Of a stretch of 64,000 bases of DNA, positions 1 through 10,032 are shown piece by piece. The stretch is taken from NCBI GenBank assembly GCA_003134685.1, contig PLCA01000003.1, positions 559,123-623,122 of the forward strand, in the 5' to 3' direction. The stretch is from Gemmatimonadota bacterium (GTDB taxonomy: Bacteria > Gemmatimonadota > Gemmatimonadetes > Gemmatimonadales > Gemmatimonadaceae). The position numbers were made by a program, and so were the translations under genes. The notes beneath the pieces were generated by a model. It saw only the letters and a program-made list of their open reading frames with translations, had not been told where the DNA came from and did no database searches. Within the stretch, counting starts at the first letter, position 1. Each line of letters starts with the position of its first letter.

Positions 1-429
1 TACAGGCCGAGTGCGTTGGTGCTGGGTGCTCTGCTGGTCATGACGCTCTCTTCGTTCAATCCGGTGCAGAAACCGGAGCAGTCACGCATCGCCGATGTCA
101 GAAGACCGAGGACCAGGGTTGGAGGCACGAGGGCATCATACCGGAGTCGCGTCGTGCCGCCTCCGCAAATTGAAGCGCCCGACATCGACGTCCATGTGGA
201 TCCGGTGCAGGTCTATCTACCTCCTGATTTTGCCGAGCGGCTGCCCGAATGGAGCAGAGACGCGATGCAATCCGCCGAGAGGATGATGCGCGACAATGAG
301 CACATGCGGGAAATGATGGCGCAGATCCGCTACCGTCTGCGTGAGCAGGCGCGACGTCAGCATTGGCGTCAGATGATTGCCGAGCGTAAGGCTCGGTCGA
401 GGGAATTCGATCCGATCGATTCGCCTTGA
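1..429 (+). CDS. 3' part of a protein with a hydrophobic segment, Pro-rich linker and helical Arg/Met-rich tail; function unknown
   Basis: Frame open from base 1 to TGA at 427-429; followed by a hairpin; the 5' end lies outside the window. Confidence 0.6.
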   Translation, partial: YRPSALVLGALLVMTLSSFNPVQKPEQSRIADVRRPRTRVGGTRASYRSRVVPPPQIEAPDIDVHVDPVQVYLPPDFAERLPEWSRDAMQSAERMMRDNEHMREMMAQIRYRLREQARRQHWRQMIAERKARSREFDPIDSP

Positions 430-435
430 CGCAGA

Positions 436-467
436 AGGCCGAGCGCCCGTTAGTCAACGCTCGGCCT
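436..467. terminator. Hairpin between convergent genes (probable terminator)
   Basis: AGGCCGAGCG (436-445) and CGCTCGGCCT (458-467) form a perfect 10-bp stem. Confidence 0.6.
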
Positions 468-495
468 CCCGGTCCCTGATCCGCGCGAACGATTT

Positions 496-1137
496 CTAAA
501 GGGCCGCCGGCGGCTCTTCGTCAGCAGATCTGCCGTAGCTCCACGGCACCGGCGTCTCCAGCATTCGAAGATAGACGCCGAGCTGCGCGCGATGGTGCGC
601 CGAGTGCGTGACGAACACCGTGCGGAGGACCTGCGTCCGCGGCGCACTCATGACGATTTTGTCGCCCAGCCGCAGCTTCCATGGCGCATTCGCCTGATCC
701 CACGTCATCTGCTGAAGAATCGCGCGCAATTGCTTGCTCGTCTCTTCGAACGCCCTGACCCGCTCGGCGCTGGTCAGGAGCATTGGTTGCGGTGGACGCG
801 GTGCCAGGCCGTCGAATTCGTTGCGCGTCGCCATCAAGAGCCCGAAACCGGGCAGCTGCGCGAGGTGCGTCGCGAGCTCGCCGAGTGTGCGCGACTTCGC
901 GTGCGGACGCCAGTCGTTGTTGCCGTTGGGAACGCGCTCGAGCATGCGGCGGGTCGTCGCGAGCTCCGATTCAAGATCAGGGAACAGGAGCGCGAGCGGG
1001 CTCGCCTGTTTGGTAGACTTGCTCGGCCTACTCGTTGACTTTCTTGCCGACTTCTTCGTTGACTTGCTCGACTTTTTCGACTTGCTCGACTCTGTCGACT
1101 TGCTCGAGGATTTGGAACGCGCGGATGCTTTAGCCAT
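496..1137 (-). CDS. DinB/YfiT family protein with Lys/Ser-rich N-terminal extension
   Basis: ATTRRMLERVP...WRPH.KS.TLGELATHLAQLP and C-terminal H..HHRAQLGVYLR metal-binding His pattern. Confidence 0.85.
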   Translation of the reverse strand: MAKASARSKSSSKSTESSKSKKSSKSTKKSARKSTSRPSKSTKQASPLALLFPDLESELATTRRMLERVPNGNNDWRPHAKSRTLGELATHLAQLPGFGLLMATRNEFDGLAPRPPQPMLLTSAERVRAFEETSKQLRAILQQMTWDQANAPWKLRLGDKIVMSAPRTQVLRTVFVTHSAHHRAQLGVYLRMLETPVPWSYGRSADEEPPAAL

Positions 1138-1306
1138 GAATGACGGTCGAGTGAAAGGGTCTCCGCAAATTTAGCGTGCGCGCGGACCGCAGTGAGTACA
1201 GGCTCTGCAGTTGTTGACACGCCACCGACCGCACGGGCAGTGGGATTGTCCGTTTTGTTGCCTTATTCTTACCTAGTCGCCGGTGGTCATCGACATCATC
1301 GACGAT

Positions 1307-2767
1307 TTACTGAACGCGCCAGATGTCGAGGACGCCAGTAGTGCGGTGCTGATTCGCGTTTCCTTCGGGAAGAGCGATCATTCCGTCAACGACAATCGGG
1401 CTGTTCCAGTGGCCGCTTCCACAGTCCAGTTTCGCAAGCAGCTGTCCAGATTCCGGCGTGTAGACCCGAAGCCCGCCGTCGGGATCGTACACGTAGAGGA
1501 GCCCGCCAGCGATAACAGGGCTGGTGCCCCCATTGCGATTTTTCCACTTCGCCTGAAGCCGGCCACCATCAAGAGTCCACGCCGCCGTCCCACCGTTGTC
1601 GGCCGCGAACATCCAGGTGGTTGGCCCGGCGTTCAACACTGCGGGCGCAGTGAACAGATCCGTACCGGAAGGTGTCGACACCACCTGCGTCTCGCCGCCG
1701 CGACGCGGCGCGGCGCCTCGCGTTCGTCCAAACTGCACAAGGCGGATGGTTCCATCCTTGCCGCCCTGCGCGACAAAACCGCCGCCGAGCAGCGCGGGAG
1801 AGGTCGATCCAAGATCCGCGTCCCTTGAGCTCAATTCATCGGTGTTCGTCGGCGTGTAGTTATCGACGATGTTCGTCGCATTCGAATCGAGCGCGATCGC
1901 GGCGTCGCCCCAATTCGTGCGCCCATCCCACCGGGCATTGCCGGTCGCGAAGTAGATATCTCCCGTGGTCGAGTCGATCACAGCACCCGCGCGACCCCAA
2001 ATGGCCGACCCGCTTTCGCCGCACGAGGAAGGATCGATCAGATCGCGCCGATCGCTACAAAGCGAATTCCATACATGCAGGAGCCGACCGCTCGCGGCGT
2101 CCAGAACAGCGACGTGCCCCTGATAGGGGGGCGCGTCCCCGATATAACCACCTGTCACCGCAACCACCCGGCCGTGAAAATAGTTGAGAGATGAGGCGAT
2201 CTTCTCGCGAGTGGGGAGGCGAGTGATGGCGGTGCTCCATACAGAGTGACCATCCGCGACTGCGAGCTTCTGGATGCGCCCGTCTGGTGACGCAGCGTAG
2301 ATGAACTCTCGGCTGGCGTCAGCGACCGGCGTCGCAGTCGTGATTTGACGGGACCCCGCCCACGAATCGTATCCACTGGGCGTGAAACGCCAGAGAATGG
2401 CGCCATTCGCGGCGTCGATGGCTAGCGTTTTCCCGTATGTGGTCGTGACGAAGAAAACGTCGTGTGTTCCGCCGTTTGCGCGGACGCCGTGCAAATAGAT
2501 GGCAGCGCCATCGACGGTTCCGTCGAGTGATACCTGTTGTCGACGCAGCGTGGCGACATTCCCCGCGGTGATTCCGGTCGGGTCGACGGCGGCACTGGAT
2601 CGGCCCGCATCCCAACCGAATCGCGTCCAGTCGTGGGCGCTGGCAATCCTATTCACGGGCAGCGCCGGCGCTGCATTGTGATCCGGTGGGGCTCGCTCAG
2701 CGGGCGCCGCGCCGCATCCTGGGAGCGCAAAACAGCAAACAAGACAGATGCTTCGAAAAGGATTCAT
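1307..2767 (-). CDS. PQQ-binding-like beta-propeller lipoprotein
   Basis: Lipobox-like LPGC; repeated AxDxxxGxxxW motifs (AIDAANGAILWRF, LAVADGHSVWS, LDAASGRLLHVW). Confidence 0.8.
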   Translation of the reverse strand: MNPFRSICLVCCFALPGCGAAPAERAPPDHNAAPALPVNRIASAHDWTRFGWDAGRSSAAVDPTGITAGNVATLRRQQVSLDGTVDGAAIYLHGVRANGGTHDVFFVTTTYGKTLAIDAANGAILWRFTPSGYDSWAGSRQITTATPVADASREFIYAASPDGRIQKLAVADGHSVWSTAITRLPTREKIASSLNYFHGRVVAVTGGYIGDAPPYQGHVAVLDAASGRLLHVWNSLCSDRRDLIDPSSCGESGSAIWGRAGAVIDSTTGDIYFATGNARWDGRTNWGDAAIALDSNATNIVDNYTPTNTDELSSRDADLGSTSPALLGGGFVAQGGKDGTIRLVQFGRTRGAAPRRGGETQVVSTPSGTDLFTAPAVLNAGPTTWMFAADNGGTAAWTLDGGRLQAKWKNRNGGTSPVIAGGLLYVYDPDGGLRVYTPESGQLLAKLDCGSGHWNSPIVVDGMIALPEGNANQHRTTGVLDIWRVQ

Positions 2768-2885
2768 ATGGCGAGAGGTCGCGTAAGGGGCGACAGGAGG
2801 CTGACCAATGAGGAGGACCCAATCAAGATAGGGGCATCGTTCGCGATCCGTTACAGTTGGGTGGTTGCCGCAGTCCTAAAGTACA

Positions 2886-3365
2886 ATGCCCCCATCCCCC
2901 GCCAGCGCCGACCATCAGATCCGAACGATCACGGTTGATGCGCAGAAATACTTCGTAGCTCTGCGAACGAGCCACGACGGCGTCGAGTACCTCGGCCGCC
3001 TGATGTTTACAGAGGCGTCGACCGAAATCGCGTACCAGGACCACGGCGGCGTTCCTGGCGTGAGCGTCGAGGATGCGGTGAGCAAAGCCAAGGAATTCTC
3101 GGACGGCGAGCTGGTGCAACGTTGTTACCGCGCATTGTCCGAAAAGCGGCGTTACGGCAAGCTGCGGCGCGCGACCGACAGAGTGATCGAGAAGATCAAG
3201 CACCTCAATCGAATTGCCATTGGCCTCGAGAAGGGGCTGATCGACACCCAGAAAGGCAAACTGGAGCTCGATCAGGCTCAGACCGATCTGCTGGAGATGG
3301 TGCAGTCCCTTCGACTGTATGCGGGAGTCGAGGACGAGCCCGACGACACCCAACTGCAACACTGA
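2886..3365 (+). CDS. Hypothetical protein, helical C-terminal half
   Basis: 159-aa ORF filling the gap between two minus-strand genes, with normal codon usage. Confidence 0.7.
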   Translation: MPPSPASADHQIRTITVDAQKYFVALRTSHDGVEYLGRLMFTEASTEIAYQDHGGVPGVSVEDAVSKAKEFSDGELVQRCYRALSEKRRYGKLRRATDRVIEKIKHLNRIAIGLEKGLIDTQKGKLELDQAQTDLLEMVQSLRLYAGVEDEPDDTQLQH

Positions 3366-3394
3366 ACTGCAACTGCCGGTGCGAGGATCTTGCT

Positions 3395-5803
3395 TTACGG
3401 CTTCCGCGCGTTCCCCATATAATCCGCGAGATTAGCGGAGCGGAGTATCGCAGTCCACCGCGGATCAGCACGCACGGGATCCCACGTTCTATCCAGCAGC
3501 GGCGAGTAAGCCGTGAAAACCGCAATCTCATGGTGACTGGTTGCTGTCTCCATTGCGTCGAGAGCGGCTGAGCGATTTCCCAGACCGAGCTGACAGATAG
3601 CCAGTGTGACCCACGATTCACGCTCCTTCTCTGCGCGCGCCTCGATTTCGGTCAGCAGTTTTTTCGCTTCGGCTGCACGGCCGGCAACGCCGTAGGCGTG
3701 ACACAGTTTGCCCTTGGTGAGAAGTGTCTCGCGATCGAGCCGAGTTGCCTGCTCGAACTCCTGCACCGCCTGCTGTACCTGACCGATCTGCAACTGAGCG
3801 TCGCCGATGAGCATAAGACTGAGCGTCAATCCCGGTGACAGTTCATCAGCCTGCCGGTATTGCTCGATCGCCTCATCGTAGCGTCCAGCCAGCGTCAGAG
3901 CGTAGCCAAGGGCTTCGAACGGAATGGGCGCCAGCGGGTCGAGCACTATGGCCTGGCGAGTCTCGACAAAACTCGAATCGAGCCTCCCGGTGTGATATAA
4001 CAGTTCCCCATACCACTGGTGCGCTGTCGGATACCCCGGATCGAGCGCGATCGCTTTCCGGTACTCGGTTTCACCAGCACGAAAATCCCAGGCGTGGACG
4101 GCTGCCAGTCCAAGCGCGGTGTGTGCCTCCGCGAGGGAGCTATCGAGGGCGAGCGCATGCGCCGCGGCGGAACGCGTCTTCGCCAGTCCATCGGCGGGAG
4201 GCGTGTCCGTGTACTCGGGTAGAATGGCGTGGGTGATCGCGAGTCCGGCATACGCGCGGGCGAAACCCGGATCTCTCCCGACGCTCTCCTCAAAATACGA
4301 AAGCGCCTTGCGCAGATTTGCCGCGCCCCGGCGATTCCAGAAGTAGCGTCCGCGCAGGTAGGCGTCGTACGCCTCGAGATTCTCCGTCCCCCGAGAGGAT
4401 GATGAGAGCTCAACGGCTTTCCCGCCGAGCCTGAGCTTGAGTGCGTCCGCGACGGAGCGGGCGATATCGTCCTGCACCGCGAAGATGTCGCTGGTGCGCC
4501 TCTCGTAAGTGTCCGACCAGATCGCGAGGCCGTCGCTCACGTTCGTGAGCTGGGCGTTGACTCGCAATCGATCCCCCGAGCGCCGGACGACTCCCTCCAG
4601 AATCGCCTGGACATGCAGCTTCCTGCCGATCTCCCCGACGTCGATGTCCTTCTTCCCCTTGAAGGCATACGCCGAAGTGCGAGAGGCAACACGTAGACCT
4701 GGAAGCTTGCTGAGCACGTTCGCGAGCTCGTCGGTCATGCCCTCGCTGAAATATTCGTCCTGAGCATCACCGCCGACGTTAGCCAGAGGTAACACTGCAA
4801 CCGAACGAATTTGGGCGACAGGTTGATCAGCCGCCGCCGAATTGCGCTTACTACCTCGGTAGACGAGGAGCGCCACGAGCAGCACGGCCGCGGCAGTGCC
4901 GGCGAAGATCAGCGTACGTCGGCCGCCAGCTTTTGGAGGCGGCGCCAGCGCGACCGGTACTGCCTCGAGCTCGTGAAGCAGATCTCCCGCGTTCTGCGGC
5001 CTGTCGGCGGGCCTCTTCTCGAGGCAGCGCATTATCAGCGCGCCAAGCGCGGGTGGAATGCCCGGTCGCCTCCGCTCGATCGGCTCCGGTTTCTCTATGG
5101 CGTGTGCGGCGAGCATCGCCTGGGTGGAGCGGCCGGCAAAAGGCAGAGTTCCCGTGAGCATCTCGTACGCCATCACGCCGACCGCGTAGAGGTCAGCGCG
5201 GTGATCGACCGACGGGTCCGCTGTCGCCTGCTCGGGCGCCATGTACGCCGGCGTGCCAAGCGATATTCCAATACCAGTGATTGTCGTCTGAGCTTCGGAG
5301 GATTTCGTAGATGCGCGCAATGCCTTCGCGACCCCGAAGTCAGTGACGAGCGCGAACTCGTCAGTGAGCATGACGTTGTCCGGCTTTATATCGCGGTGTA
5401 TGACGCCGTGCTTATGCGCGTAGCTGATGGCGCTTACGACCTCACGCAGAATCCTGACCGCTTCGGGGATCGGAAGCTCCCCGACCCGGGCAAGACGCGC
5501 TCGTAGAGACTCACCCTCGACGAACGGCATGGTGAAGTATGGAGTGCCGCCCACTTCGCCCGACGACAGCAGCGGAACGATGTGTGGATGCTGTAGCTTC
5601 GCGGCCAGCTGGATCTCCCTCCGGAATCGGTCCGCGCTCAGCTCGGCGGCCACCTCGGGAGGCAGAACCTTTATCACGACTTCCCGTCCCAGCTGGCGAT
5701 CCATCGCGATGAACACGCGACTCATCGCCCCACCCTGAAGTTCGCGCTCGAAGACGTAGATATCGCCGAGGGTGCGCTCAAGAGTCGCCCGCAGATCAGT
5801 CAT
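3395..5803 (-). CDS. Hanks-type Ser/Thr protein kinase with TM segment, TolB-N-like domain and TPR repeats
   Basis: VVIKVL, HRDIKPDN, TDFGVAK, YMAPEQ motifs; SVAVLPLAN..DEYFSEGMTDEL; TPR-like helical repeats. Confidence 0.93.
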   Translation of the reverse strand: MTDLRATLERTLGDIYVFERELQGGAMSRVFIAMDRQLGREVVIKVLPPEVAAELSADRFRREIQLAAKLQHPHIVPLLSSGEVGGTPYFTMPFVEGESLRARLARVGELPIPEAVRILREVVSAISYAHKHGVIHRDIKPDNVMLTDEFALVTDFGVAKALRASTKSSEAQTTITGIGISLGTPAYMAPEQATADPSVDHRADLYAVGVMAYEMLTGTLPFAGRSTQAMLAAHAIEKPEPIERRRPGIPPALGALIMRCLEKRPADRPQNAGDLLHELEAVPVALAPPPKAGGRRTLIFAGTAAAVLLVALLVYRGSKRNSAAADQPVAQIRSVAVLPLANVGGDAQDEYFSEGMTDELANVLSKLPGLRVASRTSAYAFKGKKDIDVGEIGRKLHVQAILEGVVRRSGDRLRVNAQLTNVSDGLAIWSDTYERRTSDIFAVQDDIARSVADALKLRLGGKAVELSSSSRGTENLEAYDAYLRGRYFWNRRGAANLRKALSYFEESVGRDPGFARAYAGLAITHAILPEYTDTPPADGLAKTRSAAAHALALDSSLAEAHTALGLAAVHAWDFRAGETEYRKAIALDPGYPTAHQWYGELLYHTGRLDSSFVETRQAIVLDPLAPIPFEALGYALTLAGRYDEAIEQYRQADELSPGLTLSLMLIGDAQLQIGQVQQAVQEFEQATRLDRETLLTKGKLCHAYGVAGRAAEAKKLLTEIEARAEKERESWVTLAICQLGLGNRSAALDAMETATSHHEIAVFTAYSPLLDRTWDPVRADPRWTAILRSANLADYMGNARKP

Positions 5804-5932
5804 CGAGCAACCCCCTATCAGTTGTAAGGATCGTCCTACCGGGTCGCAGCAGGAGTAGCAAAAGGTGCTAGCTGCTCATTCCCTGCGACAGAGGCAATAG
5901 AGGAAAGACTCGAGCGACCGGCGTGCTTCGGA

Positions 5933-6532
5933 CTACCTCGGAGCCGGGCCCTCATCCGCCGAAGGTCCGTAGCTGCCCGGGATCGGAACGTCGAGCAGCC
6001 GCAGGTACACCCCGAGCTGCGCGCGATGGTGCGCGAGATGGGTGAGCATCGCGCTCCTGAGCAGCTGCGCCCGCGGCGCGCTGAACACAACCTGGCCGCG
6101 GAACTTGAGCGTCCACTCCGACATCGCGTGATCCCAGGTCATCTCCTTCACCAGCCGCCGGAATTCCCCGCTCACCTCGTCGAAGGTCTCCACTCGCTCG
6201 GCGCAGCACGACGGCTTGGGCTCGGGCGGTTGGGTGCCTCCGTCGTATTCGTCCCGGGTCAGCATCAGGATTCCGAAGCCCGGTAACTGTGCGACGTGCG
6301 TGGCGAGCTCATCGAGCGTCCTCGACTTTTTGTGCGGGCGCCAGTCATCCTTGCCGTCGGGAACGCGCTCGAGCATGCGCCGGGTCGTTGCCAGCTCTAC
6401 GTCGAGGTCTGAGAACAGGAGCGTCGCTGGGTCCGCGCTGGTAGCAGGGTCCACACGATTCGCCGGGTCCACACGAGTCGCCACGTCGTCAAGGGTGGCC
6501 GAGTGTGTCGAAGGTGCCGAAGTTTGAGCCAT
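5933..6532 (-). CDS. DinB/YfiT family protein (paralog of 496..1137)
   Basis: ATTRRMLERVP...HLAHHRAQLGVYLR; ATG at 6532 chosen because the longer ORF overlaps the divergent EamA gene. Confidence 0.85.
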   Translation of the reverse strand: MAQTSAPSTHSATLDDVATRVDPANRVDPATSADPATLLFSDLDVELATTRRMLERVPDGKDDWRPHKKSRTLDELATHVAQLPGFGILMLTRDEYDGGTQPPEPKPSCCAERVETFDEVSGEFRRLVKEMTWDHAMSEWTLKFRGQVVFSAPRAQLLRSAMLTHLAHHRAQLGVYLRLLDVPIPGSYGPSADEGPAPR

Positions 6533-6556
6533 GACTGAGATCTGGGTGAGAATCAA

Positions 6557-7477
6557 TTGAATACTAAACCTCAGGTGATTCCCGCGGCTACTGGCAGCGG
6601 ACGCGCGTTCATCGCGCTGGCCGCGGCGGGAAGTATCTGGGGCACCGGCTTCCTTTTCGGCAAATGGGCGCTCACCGATCTGTCGGTGGGTCAGCTGGTG
6701 CTCTACCGATTTCTGTTCGCCTCGATCGGCTTCGCGCCGGCGACGTGGCGAGCCCTGCGAAACCCAGAGACGCGGATCGCCCGCCAGGATTACACTCTGA
6801 TCGCTGTTGCCGCGCTGGTGGGTGTGCCGGTGCAGTTTCTGATTCAGTTCGCCGGCCTGGCGCGGACTACCGTCTCGCACGCCTCGCTCATGATCGGCGC
6901 GCTGCCAGTCCTATTGGGCGCGGGGTCAGCGTGGTTCGCGCACGAACATGTGACGAGGGGACGATGGCTCGCGCTAATCGCATCTATGATCGGTGCGGGG
7001 CTCATCGCGTTCGGGGCTTCGAGCGGAGAGGCTGGTGCTCAGGCGAGCCTGAGCGGAGATCTGCTGGTCCTGCTGTCTCTGCTCGCTGGGGCTGCCTGGA
7101 TCCTCATCACCCAGGCACTCATGAAGACGGGGCGCTACTCCCCGGTGAATGCGAGCGCGTACGTGATGACGGCGGGCACGTTGATGGTTTTTGCCTGGGT
7201 GATCGCTACCGAAGGCCTTCCGCCGGTGCATCTCTCTGTGCGCACGTGGGCGTCCGTCGTCGCGTTGGGGATTCTCGCCACAACAGTCACGACCTATCTG
7301 TGGAATTGGGGGCTCGCGCACGTTCCGGCATCTCAGGCCGGTGTGTTTCTCAACTTTGAGCCGGTCGTCGGCACGCTGCTCGGCGTGATGCTGCTGCACG
7401 ACGTGCTGGGATCGTATTCGATTCTGGGAGGGCTGTTGGTCATCGGGGCGGCGGTGTTCGTGGCCGCATCCGGTTGA
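6557..7477 (+). CDS. DMT/EamA family transporter
   Basis: About 10 hydrophobic segments in two repeats; IWGTGFLFGK and FLNFEPVVG motifs. Confidence 0.9.
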   Translation: MNTKPQVIPAATGSGRAFIALAAAGSIWGTGFLFGKWALTDLSVGQLVLYRFLFASIGFAPATWRALRNPETRIARQDYTLIAVAALVGVPVQFLIQFAGLARTTVSHASLMIGALPVLLGAGSAWFAHEHVTRGRWLALIASMIGAGLIAFGASSGEAGAQASLSGDLLVLLSLLAGAAWILITQALMKTGRYSPVNASAYVMTAGTLMVFAWVIATEGLPPVHLSVRTWASVVALGILATTVTTYLWNWGLAHVPASQAGVFLNFEPVVGTLLGVMLLHDVLGSYSILGGLLVIGAAVFVAASG

Positions 7478-7538
7478 ATTATGTCTAGTAACTAGCTGAG
7501 CTCGAGGCGCTCCTGGCTCTAAGCAAGCGCTGACGCGC

Positions 7539-8282
7539 CTAGGAACCAGAGCAAGCGACCTCGGCCGGATCCGAAATCATATTCCTGTAGTTATCCGGCG
7601 AAACATGGGTGCCCGCAACCTCGAAGTACTTGTCCCAGAAATCCCGAATAGCCGCGCCCCTCTCAGTGGTGACATCCGCTCCCGCCACCACGACGCAGAC
7701 CCCTTCGAGCCGCGGAATCCGCTTCTCGGCCGCGAGCTCCCGGATCCAGCGATTTCCTGGAATGTCCGCCTTATGCGTCATCATCACGTCGGGAGTTTCG
7801 TTCATCATGTCCGACAAGAGGAGCAGCGTCGTTCCGCGATTTCTCGAAGCCTTTGCATAATCCGCGGCGCGGCTGAGCGTGCCGAAAATGTCGGTCGACA
7901 GAATTCCCCTGGCGCGCGCCGAGTCGAACAGAATGGACGTCTGCATCCGCGCGATTTCCTTGAAATCCTCGAGCCGCCGCTTCTCCGACGCCGTCGGCGC
8001 TCCGGATTTCCGAGGAGTGCGGGTGCTGTCTGACCATTGTCGCGCCGGCACGCGTCCGCCCTGGTACACCTCGATGAGCGTCAGGTGATCGCCCACCTGA
8101 AGGTGATCGATCACGCCGTCCAGGAGCTTCTTCGATTCGTCGAGCTCGGTCCTGTTCCGGCTTCCGGAAATATCGATTCCCACGATGTAGGAATGTCCCT
8201 GGTAGGGAGGTTCGCTCCCTACGGCGTTGTCGCATCCTATAGCGACGACGGCGAGCGTTGAGGCGACAAGTATTGACCTCAT
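7539..8282 (-). CDS. vWA-domain lipoprotein with MIDAS motif
   Basis: Lipobox VVAIGC; DISGS (DxSxS), STDI and LLLSDM complete a MIDAS pattern. Confidence 0.75.
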   Translation of the reverse strand: MRSILVASTLAVVAIGCDNAVGSEPPYQGHSYIVGIDISGSRNRTELDESKKLLDGVIDHLQVGDHLTLIEVYQGGRVPARQWSDSTRTPRKSGAPTASEKRRLEDFKEIARMQTSILFDSARARGILSTDIFGTLSRAADYAKASRNRGTTLLLLSDMMNETPDVMMTHKADIPGNRWIRELAAEKRIPRLEGVCVVVAGADVTTERGAAIRDFWDKYFEVAGTHVSPDNYRNMISDPAEVACSGS

Positions 8283-8292
8283 GATTCTCTCA

Positions 8293-10032
8293 TCACTTTG
8301 TTGGTTGCGTGCCGGACGGAATCGCGTAAGCAGCGACCCGGGCGAATTCGACTTCCACCTGACTCAGCTGCTGAAGCAGTTGATTGAACTCGGTGGGCCT
8401 GCGCAGCTCCTCATCCTCGTCCACCCCGGGAAACAGGATCGTGCTCGGCTGCGCAAAAGCGATGACGTTGGCGGGATCGAGACCACGAATCCGGGCGTTT
8501 TCCCCGCGGAATTGCAGGATCACGCTTTGAAGCCGATCCTGCTTTCCCTGCCACTCGCGGAGCGGATGGGACTCCAGCAGGTGATTGATCCTGCCCGCCT
8601 CGGCCGCGGCCCCACTCATGGAAATGCGCGCACCGCGTGCGTGGTTGAGTGCTTCGCGCTCGAGAATGTTTAGCCTGGCACGAAGAGGTCGCAGCGCGGG
8701 ATGCTCGCCCTGCCTGTCCGTCAGATCTTCCTTTTTGTAGACGAAGCCGAGTGTCATCGCAGCGAGGACGAGTCCGATATTCAGCAACACGATCGCGTTG
8801 TTGATCCGCTGGACGGTTATGGCGTAGGCAGCGTCGTCGAGATGTTGTCGAAGCGTGCGGTTCGCGTCCGTTACGCGTTGCGTGGTGGCCGCGGTTTTAG
8901 CGAGATCGGTGCCTGCAGCCTGCTGGTCCGACAACGCTTGCCCGAGCGACACGCTGTCCGAGTGCACGCGCGACTGCGCGGTCTCGGCGATCTGTGCGCG
9001 CGAGAAATACAGGAACGACAGCACCGACACGATTCCGAGGAGCCCGACGACGAAAACGAACAGGTGTTGGCGGCGGTGAGCGCGTATGGTCGTGGCCGCC
9101 ATCGGTGATTCCTTCGCGCTGAATGCGACGACCGATCGCGCCGAGGAGCCGGTGGTTTTGCCGAGGAGGACGAGGATGACGACGGCGATGAGGGCGACGA
9201 GGAAAGCCTCGAAGTGGAGAAGAATGTCCTGGAGCAGGACCAATGGACCCGCGAGCCAGGTGTGGCTTTCTGCCGCTTCGCCGAGCGTCGAGGCGAGCTG
9301 GACCAGCGTCGAATCCATCGGCAGCAACAACCGGAATACCGGAAAGTTCGCGGTGAACTCCGCGACCGTCAGGATGGCGGCAAAAATCCAGAAGCCGAAA
9401 GAGCTCTTGAAGATGCGATCGTACCCGACTCTCGAGGGATCAGACTCCTTGAATTGCTGGAAGGCCTCGATCTGTGATCGCGTGTTCTTTCGTTCGTTGG
9501 CTGTGGCTTCGAGAGCATTTGACTCTGCGCGCGATTCACCGATCAGCCTATTGAGGGCGGCGCTCCTGGACTGGATCTGGTCCTGCATCTTTGTTCGAAC
9601 GCGCTTCCGCCATTGCCGGAACAGCTCGAGAGCTTTCATCCCGAGTACTTGCTCGGGCTCGAGGACTCCGGCGCGTTCGACATCGTGGCGTGGCAATCCC
9701 TTTTCCGCCCATTCCGCGGCGAGCAGCTTCGCTTCCTGCTCCAGCTGGGCGAGCTCGCGGTTGAACCAGTAGTCGGTCCTTCTGGTTATCGCATAGACCC
9801 CGTTCTCGTCGCCGTCGTCGATCGCGTCGGGATGGGGCTTCGCCCAAAAGGGATTCGGGAGGGACATGTACTTGTCCCAGAAGCGCGCGACTCCTCCGGC
9901 CCACTGGAAGCGGGGAGTGCGTGGGTAATCGCCGTTCAGGGAGAACGCAGAAGAATGGTCGGTTCCATTGCGACCAAAGCGACCACCTTTGACGACATCT
10001 TTAGAAGTCGGGGGGCTGAAAATATTGGCCAT
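8293..10032 (-). CDS. Uncharacterised 4-TM membrane protein with N- and C-terminal coiled coils
   Basis: Four hydrophobic segments (FWIFAAILTVAEFTANF, FLVALIAVVILVLLG, LFVFVVGLLGIVSVLSFLYF, IVLLNIGLVLAAMTLGFVY); stop 10 nt from the vWA gene; start uncertain (10032 or 10122). Confidence 0.8.
   Translation of the reverse strand: MANIFSPPTSKDVVKGGRFGRNGTDHSSAFSLNGDYPRTPRFQWAGGVARFWDKYMSLPNPFWAKPHPDAIDDGDENGVYAITRRTDYWFNRELAQLEQEAKLLAAEWAEKGLPRHDVERAGVLEPEQVLGMKALELFRQWRKRVRTKMQDQIQSRSAALNRLIGESRAESNALEATANERKNTRSQIEAFQQFKESDPSRVGYDRIFKSSFGFWIFAAILTVAEFTANFPVFRLLLPMDSTLVQLASTLGEAAESHTWLAGPLVLLQDILLHFEAFLVALIAVVILVLLGKTTGSSARSVVAFSAKESPMAATTIRAHRRQHLFVFVVGLLGIVSVLSFLYFSRAQIAETAQSRVHSDSVSLGQALSDQQAAGTDLAKTAATTQRVTDANRTLRQHLDDAAYAITVQRINNAIVLLNIGLVLAAMTLGFVYKKEDLTDRQGEHPALRPLRARLNILEREALNHARGARISMSGAAAEAGRINHLLESHPLREWQGKQDRLQSVILQFRGENARIRGLDPANVIAFAQPSTILFPGVDEDEELRRPTEFNQLLQQLSQVEVEFARVAAYAIPSGTQPTK

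Noticed and set aside
5933-6880. 315-aa version of the second DinB protein
   Set aside because: The extension overlaps the divergent EamA gene and is not DinB-like; the ATG at 6532 fits better
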